NCBI GenBank assembly: GCA_002344005.1 | Contig: DDTD01000098.1 | Coordinates: 18,432 to 82,431 of the forward strand | DNA length: 64,000 nucleotides | Direction of reading: 5' to 3' | Source: Ignavibacteria bacterium UBA2373 | Lineage (GTDB): Bacteria > Bacteroidota > Ignavibacteria > Kapaibacteriales > UBA961 | In this document: in pieces, positions 30,107-39,581 of the stretch | How the letters are laid out: every line of letters begins with the position of its first letter | How positions within the stretch are numbered: position 1 is the stretch's first letter | Notes under the pieces: model-generated | Seen by the model: the letters and a program-made list of their open reading frames with translations, nothing else | Told to the model about the DNA's origin: nothing | Database searches by the model: none | Translations under genes and position numbers: made by a program

Positions 30107-30230
30107 GAGAGGAATATACAATGAAAAATCTACTTTTGAACAAAGCAATACATCTATTCTTCATTGTGGCTCCTTCTCTTTCGACAAGCTCAATAAACCG
30201 ATAATTCCAAAGGGATGATATAATAATAGA

Positions 30231-30368
30231 AAAAATTCATCCACCCCGTCCTGCGGACAAGCCTCAATGAGAGGAAGATTCGAAATTCAATCCCACAGGG
30301 ATTACATGTTTATAGAAAAACATCCAGCCCGTCGGACTGTGTCCGCCACCCATCAAGATGTGAAGATT
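30231..30368. repeat. Intergenic hairpin-repeat cluster (copy B: Y-X-Y' modules)
   Basis: Y (30231..30277) differs at 1 of 44 positions from the Y of copy A. X atcccacagggattacatgtttatagaaa (30290..30318). Diverged Y' catccagcccgtcggactgtgtccgccacccatcaagatg (30321..30360, palindrome CGGAC-tgt-GTCCG). Confidence 0.6.
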
Positions 30369-30436
30369 TGGGCGATGAAATGAACACAATTGTTGATAGT
30401 TGTCACTGCTGTGGTTGATGAACAGTACTTTGCCTA

Positions 30437-33400
30437 TCAATGCAGAAATGGTAACATTACCGAATATGTGCCGGCATTGAAATGCAGATAATAAAGTCCA
30501 TGCGGGAGTGTTTGTTGGGTGTAATTGAGTGTATGTTCGCCTTTGGGAACCATGTCTTGGAGCAAGGTTGCGACTTTTTCTCCCATTGCATTATAGAGTG
30601 TGATGGCGGTTGATGATGCGAAGCCGAGCGAGTAACGCACTATGATATTGCCTGCTGTTTGGTCAATGGTTGCGGAGTATTTGGTGTCGCTGGTGCTGAT
30701 GAGCCGCCCTTGAGCAAAGCACGATGTGACGCTGACTGTGGCTTGTGCGGGTTGGATAATAAAGCAATTGCCTGTGATGCCATTGATAAAGATATGGTAT
30801 TGGAGTGAATCGGCTAAGAATACGGTGAATGGTATATGGACTATGGTGCCATTGTTGCGAAGTTCTGTTCCATTGAGATCAAGGTGTATATATTGATTTT
30901 GTCCTTGGTTTTGTATTGTTTCTTGTATGTTCCAATCGGCATTTATTGCGCCTGTTGTGATTGGTTGAGAGCTTCGTGCCATCATTCTTGCGGGATAATG
31001 GATTGTAAGTCGTAGTGAATCGGCTTGGATATGATTCCAATCATCCGCGAGAGCATTGATGGTGAGTGTGATGGGTTTGCCGGGTTCAATGGCGGCTGTG
31101 TCATTGGCGGTTAATTGCATGGTTGTCGGTTGATGATTGCCAAAGATATGGTAATGGAGTTCTTCGCCTGTGCTGAAACGGAAGATATAGTCGGCAGAAT
31201 GGTTGCCGAATGTTGTGGGCGCGTATGTGATGGCGAATTGTTTGGCTTCATCGGCAGCGAATTGCACGGGAAAATTTGCCGGATTGATTGAGAATGCATC
31301 GCTATTGGTTGATGGCATTGTCACAGTAAGTGTGACGGGTTTGTTTTTGTGTGGGTTGGTGATGGTGATCATGCGTGCTATGCTTTTACACGCTGTTGTT
31401 GTTCCCATGTCAATAGTCATTGTTTGGGTGCATGATTTGACGGTAATGCTGAGTGAGTCTGTGGCTGTGCAACCATATTCATTTGTTGCTATGCAGTAAT
31501 ATGTTGTTGTTTGTGAAGGGCTTGCAAGTGGCGAAGGACAATCATAACAAGAAAGGGAGCCGTCTTTGGGAAACCAATCATAGCGTGGCGATGGCGAACA
31601 GTTGAGCATAATCTGTTGTCCTTGGCAGAGTATTGTGTCATTGCCGATTGCGATAGTATGGTCAGATAGCTGTATTGTGACGGAGTCCGTTTTTTTGCAA
31701 TAATCGTCGTTTATTTCTACATAATAGGTTGTTGTTTGTGTTGGTTTGACGAGAGTTTCGGAGCAATCACTGCATTGTATATCTGATGCTCCATACCAAC
31801 GATAGCGTTTTCCTCCACTTGCTGTGAGAGTGGAGCTTTGTCCTTGACAAATAGTGTGTGATGGCGTTATGGTGGTATTCATGGATGTGAGAGTGATTGT
31901 CACGGAATCTATGGCGAAGCATTGCGCGGATTGATTGCCTTGCACATAATATGTGGTTGTTGTTTTGGGTTTGGCTATGGGATTGGGGCATTGAGTGCAT
32001 GAGAGTCCTTCGGCAGGATACCAGAAATAGGATTGAGTGCCGACAGCGGAGAGTTGGACGGAATCTTGTGCGCAGAGAGTGACATCATCGGAGGCGGTGA
32101 TGGTGAAGTTTTTGACGGTGACAGTAACGGAATCTTCGGCGGAACAATCGGGCGTTTGATAAATTCTGACATAGTATGTTGTTGTTTCCGTTGGTTTGAC
32201 GATGGTAGTGCGGCAATCGTCGCAAATCAGTGTCGGATGTTTTCGCCATTGGTATCGTATTCCTTTGCTTGCCGTAAGAGCGATTGCCTCTCCTTTGCAT
32301 ACTGCTGTGTCTGCCCCTGCATCGGCTTTTACGCCATCTACTGAGATGGTGATGGAATCATAAGCGATGCACGTTTGATCATAAGCGGTGACATAATATG
32401 TTGTTTTTTGTGTTGGGGTGGCAAGTGGTGTGGGGCAATCCGAACAAGAGAGCGTGGGGTCGGGTCGCCATTGGAAGGTTTTTCCTCCTATGGGTTGCAA
32501 ACGAACGGACATACCTGAACATACGGTTGTGTCATTACCCAATTCAGTGACCAATGCCTTGGTGTCCACTATGACGGTGTCGTCACGGTAGCATCCTTCT
32601 TTTGTTTGGATGTGAACATAGTATATGGTCTTTTTGAGCGGTGAAGCAATGGGATTAGGACAATCGGTGCATGATAAAGTAGGGTCTTTTCGCCATGTAT
32701 AAATATCGCCTCCTGTGGCATTGAGTTCCACATTGGAACCCGGGCATATACTTCTGTCGGGTCCGGCAGTTGCTTGCAATAGAGTAATGTCCACCGTGAC
32801 GGAATCGAGTCTGAGGCAGCCATTGACATCATATATTTTGACATAGATTTTGGTCTTTTTGCGAGGCGCAACCGTTGGATTGGGACAATGGTTGCATGAC
32901 AGCGAGGGGTCTCCATACCATTCATATCTATGAGCATCGGAAGCATAGAGTTGGGCTTTTGCTCCAAGGCATACTGCTGTGTCATTGCATACTTTACCAC
33001 CTTGGAAAAAAGTCCTGTTCACCCAAACGGTATCGAAAATAGGGCAATCGAAGACATCTTTTGATTCGACGATATAGCGTGTTGATTTTCTGGGATTGGC
33101 ATTGACAGAAGCGCATGTTGGGCAATCGAGTGTGTTGCTCGGAGTCCATTTATATGTTCCATTGCCTCCGGTAACAGTAAGGGGAGCCGTTAAACCAAAA
33201 CAAAGTGTTGTATCGCCTTTTGCAGTGAGTGACGGAAAAGGAGGTTTAGTATCCGGTATGGGCTGAATGCCACCCCAAAACATATAGGAATCCAAATAAC
33301 CATAGCCGCTGACAAAACAGCCGAAGCTTTCGGAAGCAGTAAGGAGATTAGTTCCGTCATTTACTTTGATATGGGCATATATATATTCCAAACAGTTTTT

Positions 33401-34732
33401 ACCTGCGGCTGAAGAGGCGAAATTTTTGAATTGGGTTTCGGGCGGTATTCTTTTTCCATTCAATAAGAGAGAGTTTTTTGCTCTATTGGCAATAATGACG
33501 GTGAGAAAATTTGACAGATAGACTTTGCTGTTTGGATTGTCTTTTGTGCCTACAAAGAGCGGATTGGCAACAAGGTATTCTTTGCGGTATTGTCGGGATG
33601 GCGGCACAATCATAAAAGCCGGATCGCCATCTCTGGGCGGAGCAGCCGACACAGCCGTGCCTTTCATATATCCCACAAGTATCGGAGCCGAAGCAAATAT
33701 GCGCATAGGACCTACTGCTTTGATGGTATAGACCTCTGAACGCGACAGCACCTTAGTAAGCGCACCATTAATTATTATTTCGGTATTGTCAAATTGGCTG
33801 ATGATACGCACACGGTCATTGGGGACGGAGGTGATGGAAGAAATGTCAATCGGAGCAACAAAGAATTCATTGCCCCAAAGCTCGAGAGGCGGCATTTGCT
33901 CAAAAAGATGATCGCGTGATGTGGGTAATGTATCCGGCACGGGCGAACGTTGATGTCCGGCAAATACAGCAATGGGTTTATCTGCTTTGACAATAGTGTT
34001 TGTGATATCGGGCGATAAAGCAGAAAGGGTAATTAATGCTTGCAGTAAGCATGATTCGCCTTTTTGTAAGGTGACGGTAAACGATTGAGTATTGCGCCCG
34101 ACAAGCGACACCGAGGATTGGACATCCACTTTTGTATTATCTTCGGTAGCAAGGATAATTGCTTGCGAAGCCGTAGAGCGATCATCTAATAGTGATGGTT
34201 CCAAAATGTTTTTGAATCCATCGGAATTGTAAGCCATGATTTTATATTCTTTGCCTAATGCCTCAATAGGGTAGATAAGAGCGGCATCGCTGGTTAAATC
34301 GGCTTGGTTCAAAGCATTGACTGATATGGGTTCAGGAGAGGCAATAGAAAAATAAGGCAGACCTATTGTACCATTGTCACCATTCTTCATTCTCCCATTG
34401 GTAATTGACATACCCAATGGTTCATACTCTTGCCAACGGAAAGCAAGTGCTCCAAATCCATTCGCATCCAAAGTGACTGTTTTTGTGGCATTAGCCCCCA
34501 TGCGGCTTTGAGCATTCACAGTAACAACAAAATCTTTTTTTCCTGTGAAAAACAAACGCAATGAATCACGCGAAAAAATCGTGTCATGCACATTGGGCAT
34601 AAAAGCCACGAAAAATTGTGTTCCATGAGATATAGGGATAGCTTGCGCAGAAACCAATCCCCGAGAACAAAGTATGACTATCAGAATGAGAAGTGATGTG
34701 AAGCAATTCCCTTTTGAAACAATGGAAGACAT
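30437..34732 (-). CDS. Giant (1431 aa) T9SS-secreted adhesin-like protein with eight tandem ~75-aa Cys-containing Ig-like repeats
   Basis: Signal peptide. Central array of repeats of the form Y.W.PDPTLSC.DCP.P.A.P...TTYYV......C...DSVTV.V (8 copies, aa ~535-1130). C-terminal T9SS tail ...AITLYNAMGEKVATLLQDMVPKGEHTLNY...GLYYLHFNAGTYSVMLPFLH. Confidence 0.6.
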   Translation of the reverse strand: MSSIVSKGNCFTSLLILIVILCSRGLVSAQAIPISHGTQFFVAFMPNVHDTIFSRDSLRLFFTGKKDFVVTVNAQSRMGANATKTVTLDANGFGALAFRWQEYEPLGMSITNGRMKNGDNGTIGLPYFSIASPEPISVNALNQADLTSDAALIYPIEALGKEYKIMAYNSDGFKNILEPSLLDDRSTASQAIILATEDNTKVDVQSSVSLVGRNTQSFTVTLQKGESCLLQALITLSALSPDITNTIVKADKPIAVFAGHQRSPVPDTLPTSRDHLFEQMPPLELWGNEFFVAPIDISSITSVPNDRVRIISQFDNTEIIINGALTKVLSRSEVYTIKAVGPMRIFASAPILVGYMKGTAVSAAPPRDGDPAFMIVPPSRQYRKEYLVANPLFVGTKDNPNSKVYLSNFLTVIIANRAKNSLLLNGKRIPPETQFKNFASSAAGKNCLEYIYAHIKVNDGTNLLTASESFGCFVSGYGYLDSYMFWGGIQPIPDTKPPFPSLTAKGDTTLCFGLTAPLTVTGGNGTYKWTPSNTLDCPTCASVNANPRKSTRYIVESKDVFDCPIFDTVWVNRTFFQGGKVCNDTAVCLGAKAQLYASDAHRYEWYGDPSLSCNHCPNPTVAPRKKTKIYVKIYDVNGCLRLDSVTVDITLLQATAGPDRSICPGSNVELNATGGDIYTWRKDPTLSCTDCPNPIASPLKKTIYYVHIQTKEGCYRDDTVIVDTKALVTELGNDTTVCSGMSVRLQPIGGKTFQWRPDPTLSCSDCPTPLATPTQKTTYYVTAYDQTCIAYDSITISVDGVKADAGADTAVCKGEAIALTASKGIRYQWRKHPTLICDDCRTTIVKPTETTTYYVRIYQTPDCSAEDSVTVTVKNFTITASDDVTLCAQDSVQLSAVGTQSYFWYPAEGLSCTQCPNPIAKPKTTTTYYVQGNQSAQCFAIDSVTITLTSMNTTITPSHTICQGQSSTLTASGGKRYRWYGASDIQCSDCSETLVKPTQTTTYYVEINDDYCKKTDSVTIQLSDHTIAIGNDTILCQGQQIMLNCSPSPRYDWFPKDGSLSCYDCPSPLASPSQTTTYYCIATNEYGCTATDSLSITVKSCTQTMTIDMGTTTACKSIARMITITNPHKNKPVTLTVTMPSTNSDAFSINPANFPVQFAADEAKQFAITYAPTTFGNHSADYIFRFSTGEELHYHIFGNHQPTTMQLTANDTAAIEPGKPITLTINALADDWNHIQADSLRLTIHYPARMMARSSQPITTGAINADWNIQETIQNQGQNQYIHLDLNGTELRNNGTIVHIPFTVFLADSLQYHIFINGITGNCFIIQPAQATVSVTSCFAQGRLISTSDTKYSATIDQTAGNIIVRYSLGFASSTAITLYNAMGEKVATLLQDMVPKGEHTLNYTQQTLPHGLYYLHFNAGTYSVMLPFLH

Positions 34733-34832
34733 AGTGCCTCCGTATGTATGTGGTAATTCTTATCATTTCACGAATTTACGAAATAAACCGACAGCACGCG
34801 TCATCGCATTGGATTGAAATGAAAAAAACTAT

Positions 34833-36068
34833 TTATCTGACTATGGTCAAAGCCTGACACTGTGTCTGATGATTATATTGCATTACAGCGTAATATATCC
34901 CATTCGATAGAAATGATATATCCATTGACGGTTCAGATAATGGAGCGGATACTATAATTTCACCACATTGAGAATAAAGAGTTATTCGCTTGGGAAATTC
35001 CCCCGATTCCGACGCAGAAAGAAATAATGTTGTCGCATGAGAATTGATCAATAAACCAAAAGGAGCGGATATATTTTGTTCAGCAATGGCTGTTGTTTTC
35101 GATTCAGTAAACCATGACTTTGCACTTGGATTTGCCATAAATGAATTAAAGAGTAATGCTCCCATTTTTCTTTCGCCGGCAACCGTTAAATGCAAACCGT
35201 CGGGTCCAATATCGGTTTGGCAATCAAGAGAAAAACCGTCCTTTCTCGGTTGTTCGCCATTTGTCCATAAATAACTTCCCCATGTTGCAAGCGGAATAAC
35301 GGCATCCTTTCCTGCATAGGAATAATCGCCTTTATTGGTCATAACACTATCAAGTAAAAATCGAATAGCCCAGCCATTATAATAATCACGAGGGAACATT
35401 AATCCTTTGCCGACACTCTGATTATCGCCTACCCATCCGGCATAGCCGCGAGCGGAAAGATAACATAATTTTAATTGGGGAAATTCTTTATGCAATGTTG
35501 CCAATAATTGCTGATATTCTTTTGCTAATGACAGTGGTGCGCGAGGAAAAACTGTGTCGGCTTGTTGCGTATTATCTGTCTCAATCCATGCAATTTGTAC
35601 TTGATTAACCGAATAATTACTGTCTTCAATAATCTTTTTTGCTTGTTTCCAATAATTATCTGTTTGCTGATTCATTTTCTGAATTCCCTGACCACCGATA
35701 CATGTATTAATCAATGCCAATGAAGAATTTTTATCGGGGTATGATGCATAATTACGAATAAACTCATCAAATTCGGTACGGGGATTTGATGCACCAACAC
35801 CTATCATCACTATTTTTCCATTATTGTCCGGTAATCCATTTGCATTGAGTCGCTGAAGTGATTGCACAGCATTCTCCACTGCCTTTGTATGGTCAATCGG
35901 TGGAATATTACTTCCATTGCCATATAATCCGCCGGGAAAGCCCCGAAATATCAGCCCTTCCATATCACTAAGCGGTATATAATCAGGACGCGCGACAGAG
36001 CAATCTTTTTGTGCATAAAGTGAAGACATTACGCACATCCACACACAGAACATAATAATCACTTTCAT
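34833..36068 (-). CDS. Hypothetical secreted protein with T9SS C-terminal sorting domain
   Basis: Signal peptide MKVIIMFCVWMCVMSSLYAQ. C-terminal ...ITLYSQCGEIIVSAPLSEPSMDISFLSNGIYYAVMQYNHQTQCQALTIVR resembles a T9SS CTD. The catalytic or structural domain was not recognised. Start moved to ATG 36068. Confidence 0.45.
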   Translation of the reverse strand: MKVIIMFCVWMCVMSSLYAQKDCSVARPDYIPLSDMEGLIFRGFPGGLYGNGSNIPPIDHTKAVENAVQSLQRLNANGLPDNNGKIVMIGVGASNPRTEFDEFIRNYASYPDKNSSLALINTCIGGQGIQKMNQQTDNYWKQAKKIIEDSNYSVNQVQIAWIETDNTQQADTVFPRAPLSLAKEYQQLLATLHKEFPQLKLCYLSARGYAGWVGDNQSVGKGLMFPRDYYNGWAIRFLLDSVMTNKGDYSYAGKDAVIPLATWGSYLWTNGEQPRKDGFSLDCQTDIGPDGLHLTVAGERKMGALLFNSFMANPSAKSWFTESKTTAIAEQNISAPFGLLINSHATTLFLSASESGEFPKRITLYSQCGEIIVSAPLSEPSMDISFLSNGIYYAVMQYNHQTQCQALTIVR

Positions 36069-36321
36069 AGGACACCTCAAATATAAAAAAACACACTTGG
36101 AGAACTGCAAGAGTAAACCATCTATTTTTACATTTGTTACATACCCTTTGACTTCATCCCGGCAATAGAGCCAATACATTGTCTGCATAGTTATACTTGA
36201 TGCCTTCTATGATGTTCGTCATTTTTTCTTTGCTGCACTTTAGGCATTTTTGCACTATATTTGTTGCAATACAAAATCGGTCTTATACTTTGACACCATT
36301 AACTTTTGCGAAGGAAATACT

Positions 36322-36735
36322 ATGTTGGTACAGTACACCATAGACAAAAAAAGTCTTATCATGCTGTTAAAATCTCTCAACTTGCTTGAGCAAGAAGATG
36401 AATTACTCTATGTGAACAATGTTGAGTTACGCTCACCTAATGATACCAATGTCAGCATACTCGTGGATAGAGTAAAAAACAAAACCCATATTGGGCGGAA
36501 ACTTTCCGATATGACCGAAAAAGAACTCGAAACCGAGCTGATGAACCTCTTAGCTCTTGAGAAATTTCTCAACAATGAATTTAATCAGCTCAAACAGCAA
36601 TTAACCGAAATGATGCGGGAACTTCAATCAAGAGCTGTCAATACTTCGGTAACAGAAGACGGCATTCCTTTGGATGTGGAAAACCGTCTTAATCAAACAC
36701 TTGAGGATTTATTGGGCAATAAACCCAATCAATAA
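36322..36735 (+). CDS. Hypothetical coiled-coil protein
   Basis: 137 aa from ATG 36322. Heptad-rich C-terminal half (EKELETELMNLLALEKFLNNEFNQLKQQLTEMMRELQ). No recognisable domain. Confidence 0.3.
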   Translation: MLVQYTIDKKSLIMLLKSLNLLEQEDELLYVNNVELRSPNDTNVSILVDRVKNKTHIGRKLSDMTEKELETELMNLLALEKFLNNEFNQLKQQLTEMMRELQSRAVNTSVTEDGIPLDVENRLNQTLEDLLGNKPNQ

Positions 36736-38168
36736 GCAATGCACACATTCTTGGCTTCGGTGAAGAAGCGCAATGCCTCATTGCCACCTTCTCTGCCGAC
36801 GCCCGATTGTTTCACACCACCGAATGGAGTGCGCAAATCGCGGTTTAACCAACAATTCACCCACACTATACCGGATTCCATCTGCGCAGCCACTCGATGA
36901 GCTTTCCGAACATTCTCTGTCCAGATAACCGAAGCCAAACCATATTTCGTACTATTTGCCATTGCAATCACTTCTTCCTCACTGTCAAAAGGAATAAGCG
37001 TCACCACAGGACCAAATATTTCCTCTTGATTGGTGCGGCATGATGCGGACAAACCTTCTATCACCGTCGGCTCAATAAACCATCCTTGCTCACATCGCCC
37101 TTCCACTATCACGCCTTTGCCGCCGCATACTACATTGCCGCCTTCTTCTTTCGCCAATTCTATATACGAAAGTACCTTATCATAATGTACTTTGGCAACG
37201 ATTGCTCCTTGGCGGGTTTTCGGTTCTAAAGGATCGCCCACAGTAAATTTCTTCACTTCATCAAGAAAACGCTCTTTGAACCGGTCATAGATTGAACGCT
37301 CCACAAAAAGACGTGACCCACACAAACAAATCTCACCTTGATTAGTAAATGCAGCCCTTGCCGATTGCACCGCCGCCTCTTCAAGCGCACAATCTGCAAA
37401 CACAATATTGGGGTTTTTACCGCCAAGCTCCAACGATAATTTCTTGAATTGCGGGGCTGCTTCGCGGGCTATCGTTGCTCCCGTTGCCGTACCGCCCGTA
37501 AATGAAATTGCCTTCACCAATGGATGGGACACAATAGCTGCGCCCACTTTATTACCCAAACCATGAACTATATTCAACACACCCGCTGGTAAGCCGGCTT
37601 CATTGCATATATCACCCAACATAGATGCTGTCATCGGTGTTAACTCACTCGGTTTGGCAACAACACAATTTCCTGCTGCTATCGCCGGAGCTATTTTCCA
37701 ACTAAACAAATACAATGGTAAATTCCAAGGAGAAATACAACCCACAATGCCAATCGGGGAACGAAGAGTATAATTAATTGATGTGTTTTGGGAATGGGAT
37801 GCCCCCGAAAAATGAACTATCTCCGTAGCAAAAAAACGGAAATTATGCACCGCGCGGGCAATATCCATATTCTTCGACAACCACAGCGGTTTACCTTGGT
37901 CAATCGTTTCTGCCAAAGCAAACTCCTCTGCCTTTTTTTCAATGCCATCCGCTATACGCAACATAATAGCACAACGCTCCTCAACACTTGTTTGTGCCCA
38001 TTGAACGCTTACCTGCTTCGCCGACTCCACAGCCAATGCCACATCACGCTCATCGCTATCTGCCACCAAAGAATATACTTTACCCGTTGCCGGCTCATAA
38101 TTATCTAACCATGTCCCACCTTGCGCCGGAACATACTCACCGCCAATAAAATTCAATATCTGCTTCAT
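36729..38168 (-). CDS. NAD(P)-dependent aldehyde dehydrogenase (ALDH superfamily; candidate 2-aminomuconate-semialdehyde dehydrogenase)
   Basis: 479 aa with ALDH Glu and Cys active-site regions (LELGGKNP, FTNQGEICLCGSRLFV) and the GxxxxG NAD site. The specific substrate cannot be called from sequence. The AMSDH suggestion comes from the nearby ACMSD gene. Confidence 0.8.
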   Translation of the reverse strand: MKQILNFIGGEYVPAQGGTWLDNYEPATGKVYSLVADSDERDVALAVESAKQVSVQWAQTSVEERCAIMLRIADGIEKKAEEFALAETIDQGKPLWLSKNMDIARAVHNFRFFATEIVHFSGASHSQNTSINYTLRSPIGIVGCISPWNLPLYLFSWKIAPAIAAGNCVVAKPSELTPMTASMLGDICNEAGLPAGVLNIVHGLGNKVGAAIVSHPLVKAISFTGGTATGATIAREAAPQFKKLSLELGGKNPNIVFADCALEEAAVQSARAAFTNQGEICLCGSRLFVERSIYDRFKERFLDEVKKFTVGDPLEPKTRQGAIVAKVHYDKVLSYIELAKEEGGNVVCGGKGVIVEGRCEQGWFIEPTVIEGLSASCRTNQEEIFGPVVTLIPFDSEEEVIAMANSTKYGLASVIWTENVRKAHRVAAQMESGIVWVNCWLNRDLRTPFGGVKQSGVGREGGNEALRFFTEAKNVCIAY

Positions 38169-38319
38169 AAATCACTCCTTTTACATTCTCAATATCTACT
38201 TGTCGTCGGCAAAACTATGGCAATTCTCTCTAATATCTTTCACTCCATCGCTCATACCATACACTTTCTTACCGTAGTTTTGCACTTGTTTTTATTCACT
38301 CATCAAAGGCACATAACAC

Positions 38320-39519
38320 ATGTACGGAGCAATGCAACAATTCCTTGCACAAGAGCTGCAATCCATCACAGATAATGGTCTATACAAAAAAGAACGCATC
38401 ATCACTTCCCCACAAGGAGCCGAAATCACGGTGGAAGGAAGCCAACAAACCCTTCTCAATTTCTGCGCTAATAATTACTTAGGGCTTTCATCACATCCCA
38501 AAGTCATCGAAGCAGCAAAACAAACCCTCGATTCACATGGCTATGGGATGTCAAGCGTCCGATTTATTTGCGGCACACAAGACATTCACAAAAAGCTCGA
38601 ACACACCATAGCTAACTTCTGTGGAACTGACGACACCATACTCTATGCCGCATGCTTCGATGCAAATGGCGGAGTCTTTGAACCATTGCTCAATGAACTC
38701 GACGCCATCATCTCCGACGAGCTTAACCATGCATCCATCATTGACGGCATTCGATTATGCAAAGCAAAACGCTATCGTTACAAATCGTGCAATCTTGAAG
38801 ACCTCGAAACACAATTGCAACAAGCCGATGCCGACGGAGCAAGATTCAAACTCATAGCTACCGACGCAGTATTCTCTATGGACGGAACCATAGCACCGCT
38901 CGACAAAATTTGCGACCTTGCCGACAAATACCAAGCTCTGGTCATGGTGGACGAATGTCATTCCATGGGATTCATGGGCAAACACGGCAAAGGAGTCATC
39001 GAACATTGCAATGTCATTGGAAGAGTGGACATCATCACCGGAACTCTCGGCAAAGCACTTGGCGGTGGCATTGGCGGATTCACCACAGGAAGAAAAGAAA
39101 TCATCGAATTGCTGCGCCAACGCTCAAGACCCTATCTCTTCAGCAACTCACTCCCCCCCTCCGTTGTCGGTGCATCGCAAGCAATCTTTGAAATACTCGA
39201 AGAAACAACAGAACTACGCGACACACTCGAAGAAAACACGCTCTATTTCCGCCAACAAATGACAAAACTCGGCTTCGACATCAAACCCGGCGTCCATCCC
39301 ATAACACCCATCATGCTCTACGATGCCGTCTTAGCACAACAATTCGCCGAACAATTGCTCCACGAAGGCATCTATGTCATCGGATTCTTTTATCCCGTCG
39401 TCGCAAAAGGACAAGCACGCATCAGAGTGCAAATCTCAGCAGCACACACCAAAGACCATATAGACAAAGCTCTCGCAGCTTTTGAAAAAATTGGCAAAAA
39501 ACTCGGTGTCATTCAATAA
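38320..39519 (+). CDS. kbl: Glycine C-acetyltransferase (2-amino-3-ketobutyrate CoA ligase)
   Basis: PLP-dependent alpha-oxoamine synthase fold with Kbl-specific stretch MSSVRFICGTQDIHKKLE and lysine region FSMDGT...TLGKALGG. Confidence 0.85.
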   Translation: MYGAMQQFLAQELQSITDNGLYKKERIITSPQGAEITVEGSQQTLLNFCANNYLGLSSHPKVIEAAKQTLDSHGYGMSSVRFICGTQDIHKKLEHTIANFCGTDDTILYAACFDANGGVFEPLLNELDAIISDELNHASIIDGIRLCKAKRYRYKSCNLEDLETQLQQADADGARFKLIATDAVFSMDGTIAPLDKICDLADKYQALVMVDECHSMGFMGKHGKGVIEHCNVIGRVDIITGTLGKALGGGIGGFTTGRKEIIELLRQRSRPYLFSNSLPPSVVGASQAIFEILEETTELRDTLEENTLYFRQQMTKLGFDIKPGVHPITPIMLYDAVLAQQFAEQLLHEGIYVIGFFYPVVAKGQARIRVQISAAHTKDHIDKALAAFEKIGKKLGVIQ

Positions 39520-39529
39520 AAACAAAAAA

Positions 39530-39560
39530 GGGCAGCTCTTGCGAACTGCCCTAAATTTTA
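39530..39560. terminator. Rho-independent terminator after kbl, shared with the convergent TPR gene
   Basis: GGGCAG-ctcttgcgaa-CTGCCC hairpin followed by taaatttta. Preceded by an A-rich run for the opposite strand. Confidence 0.6.
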
Positions 39561-39581
39561 TCCTTAACATTATGAAAATTA

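Noticed and set aside
30437-34732. Calling the 1431-aa protein SprB or a specific named gliding adhesin
   Set aside because: Only the general architecture (signal peptide, Ig-like repeats, T9SS tail) is visible. There is no sequence basis for a specific gene name.
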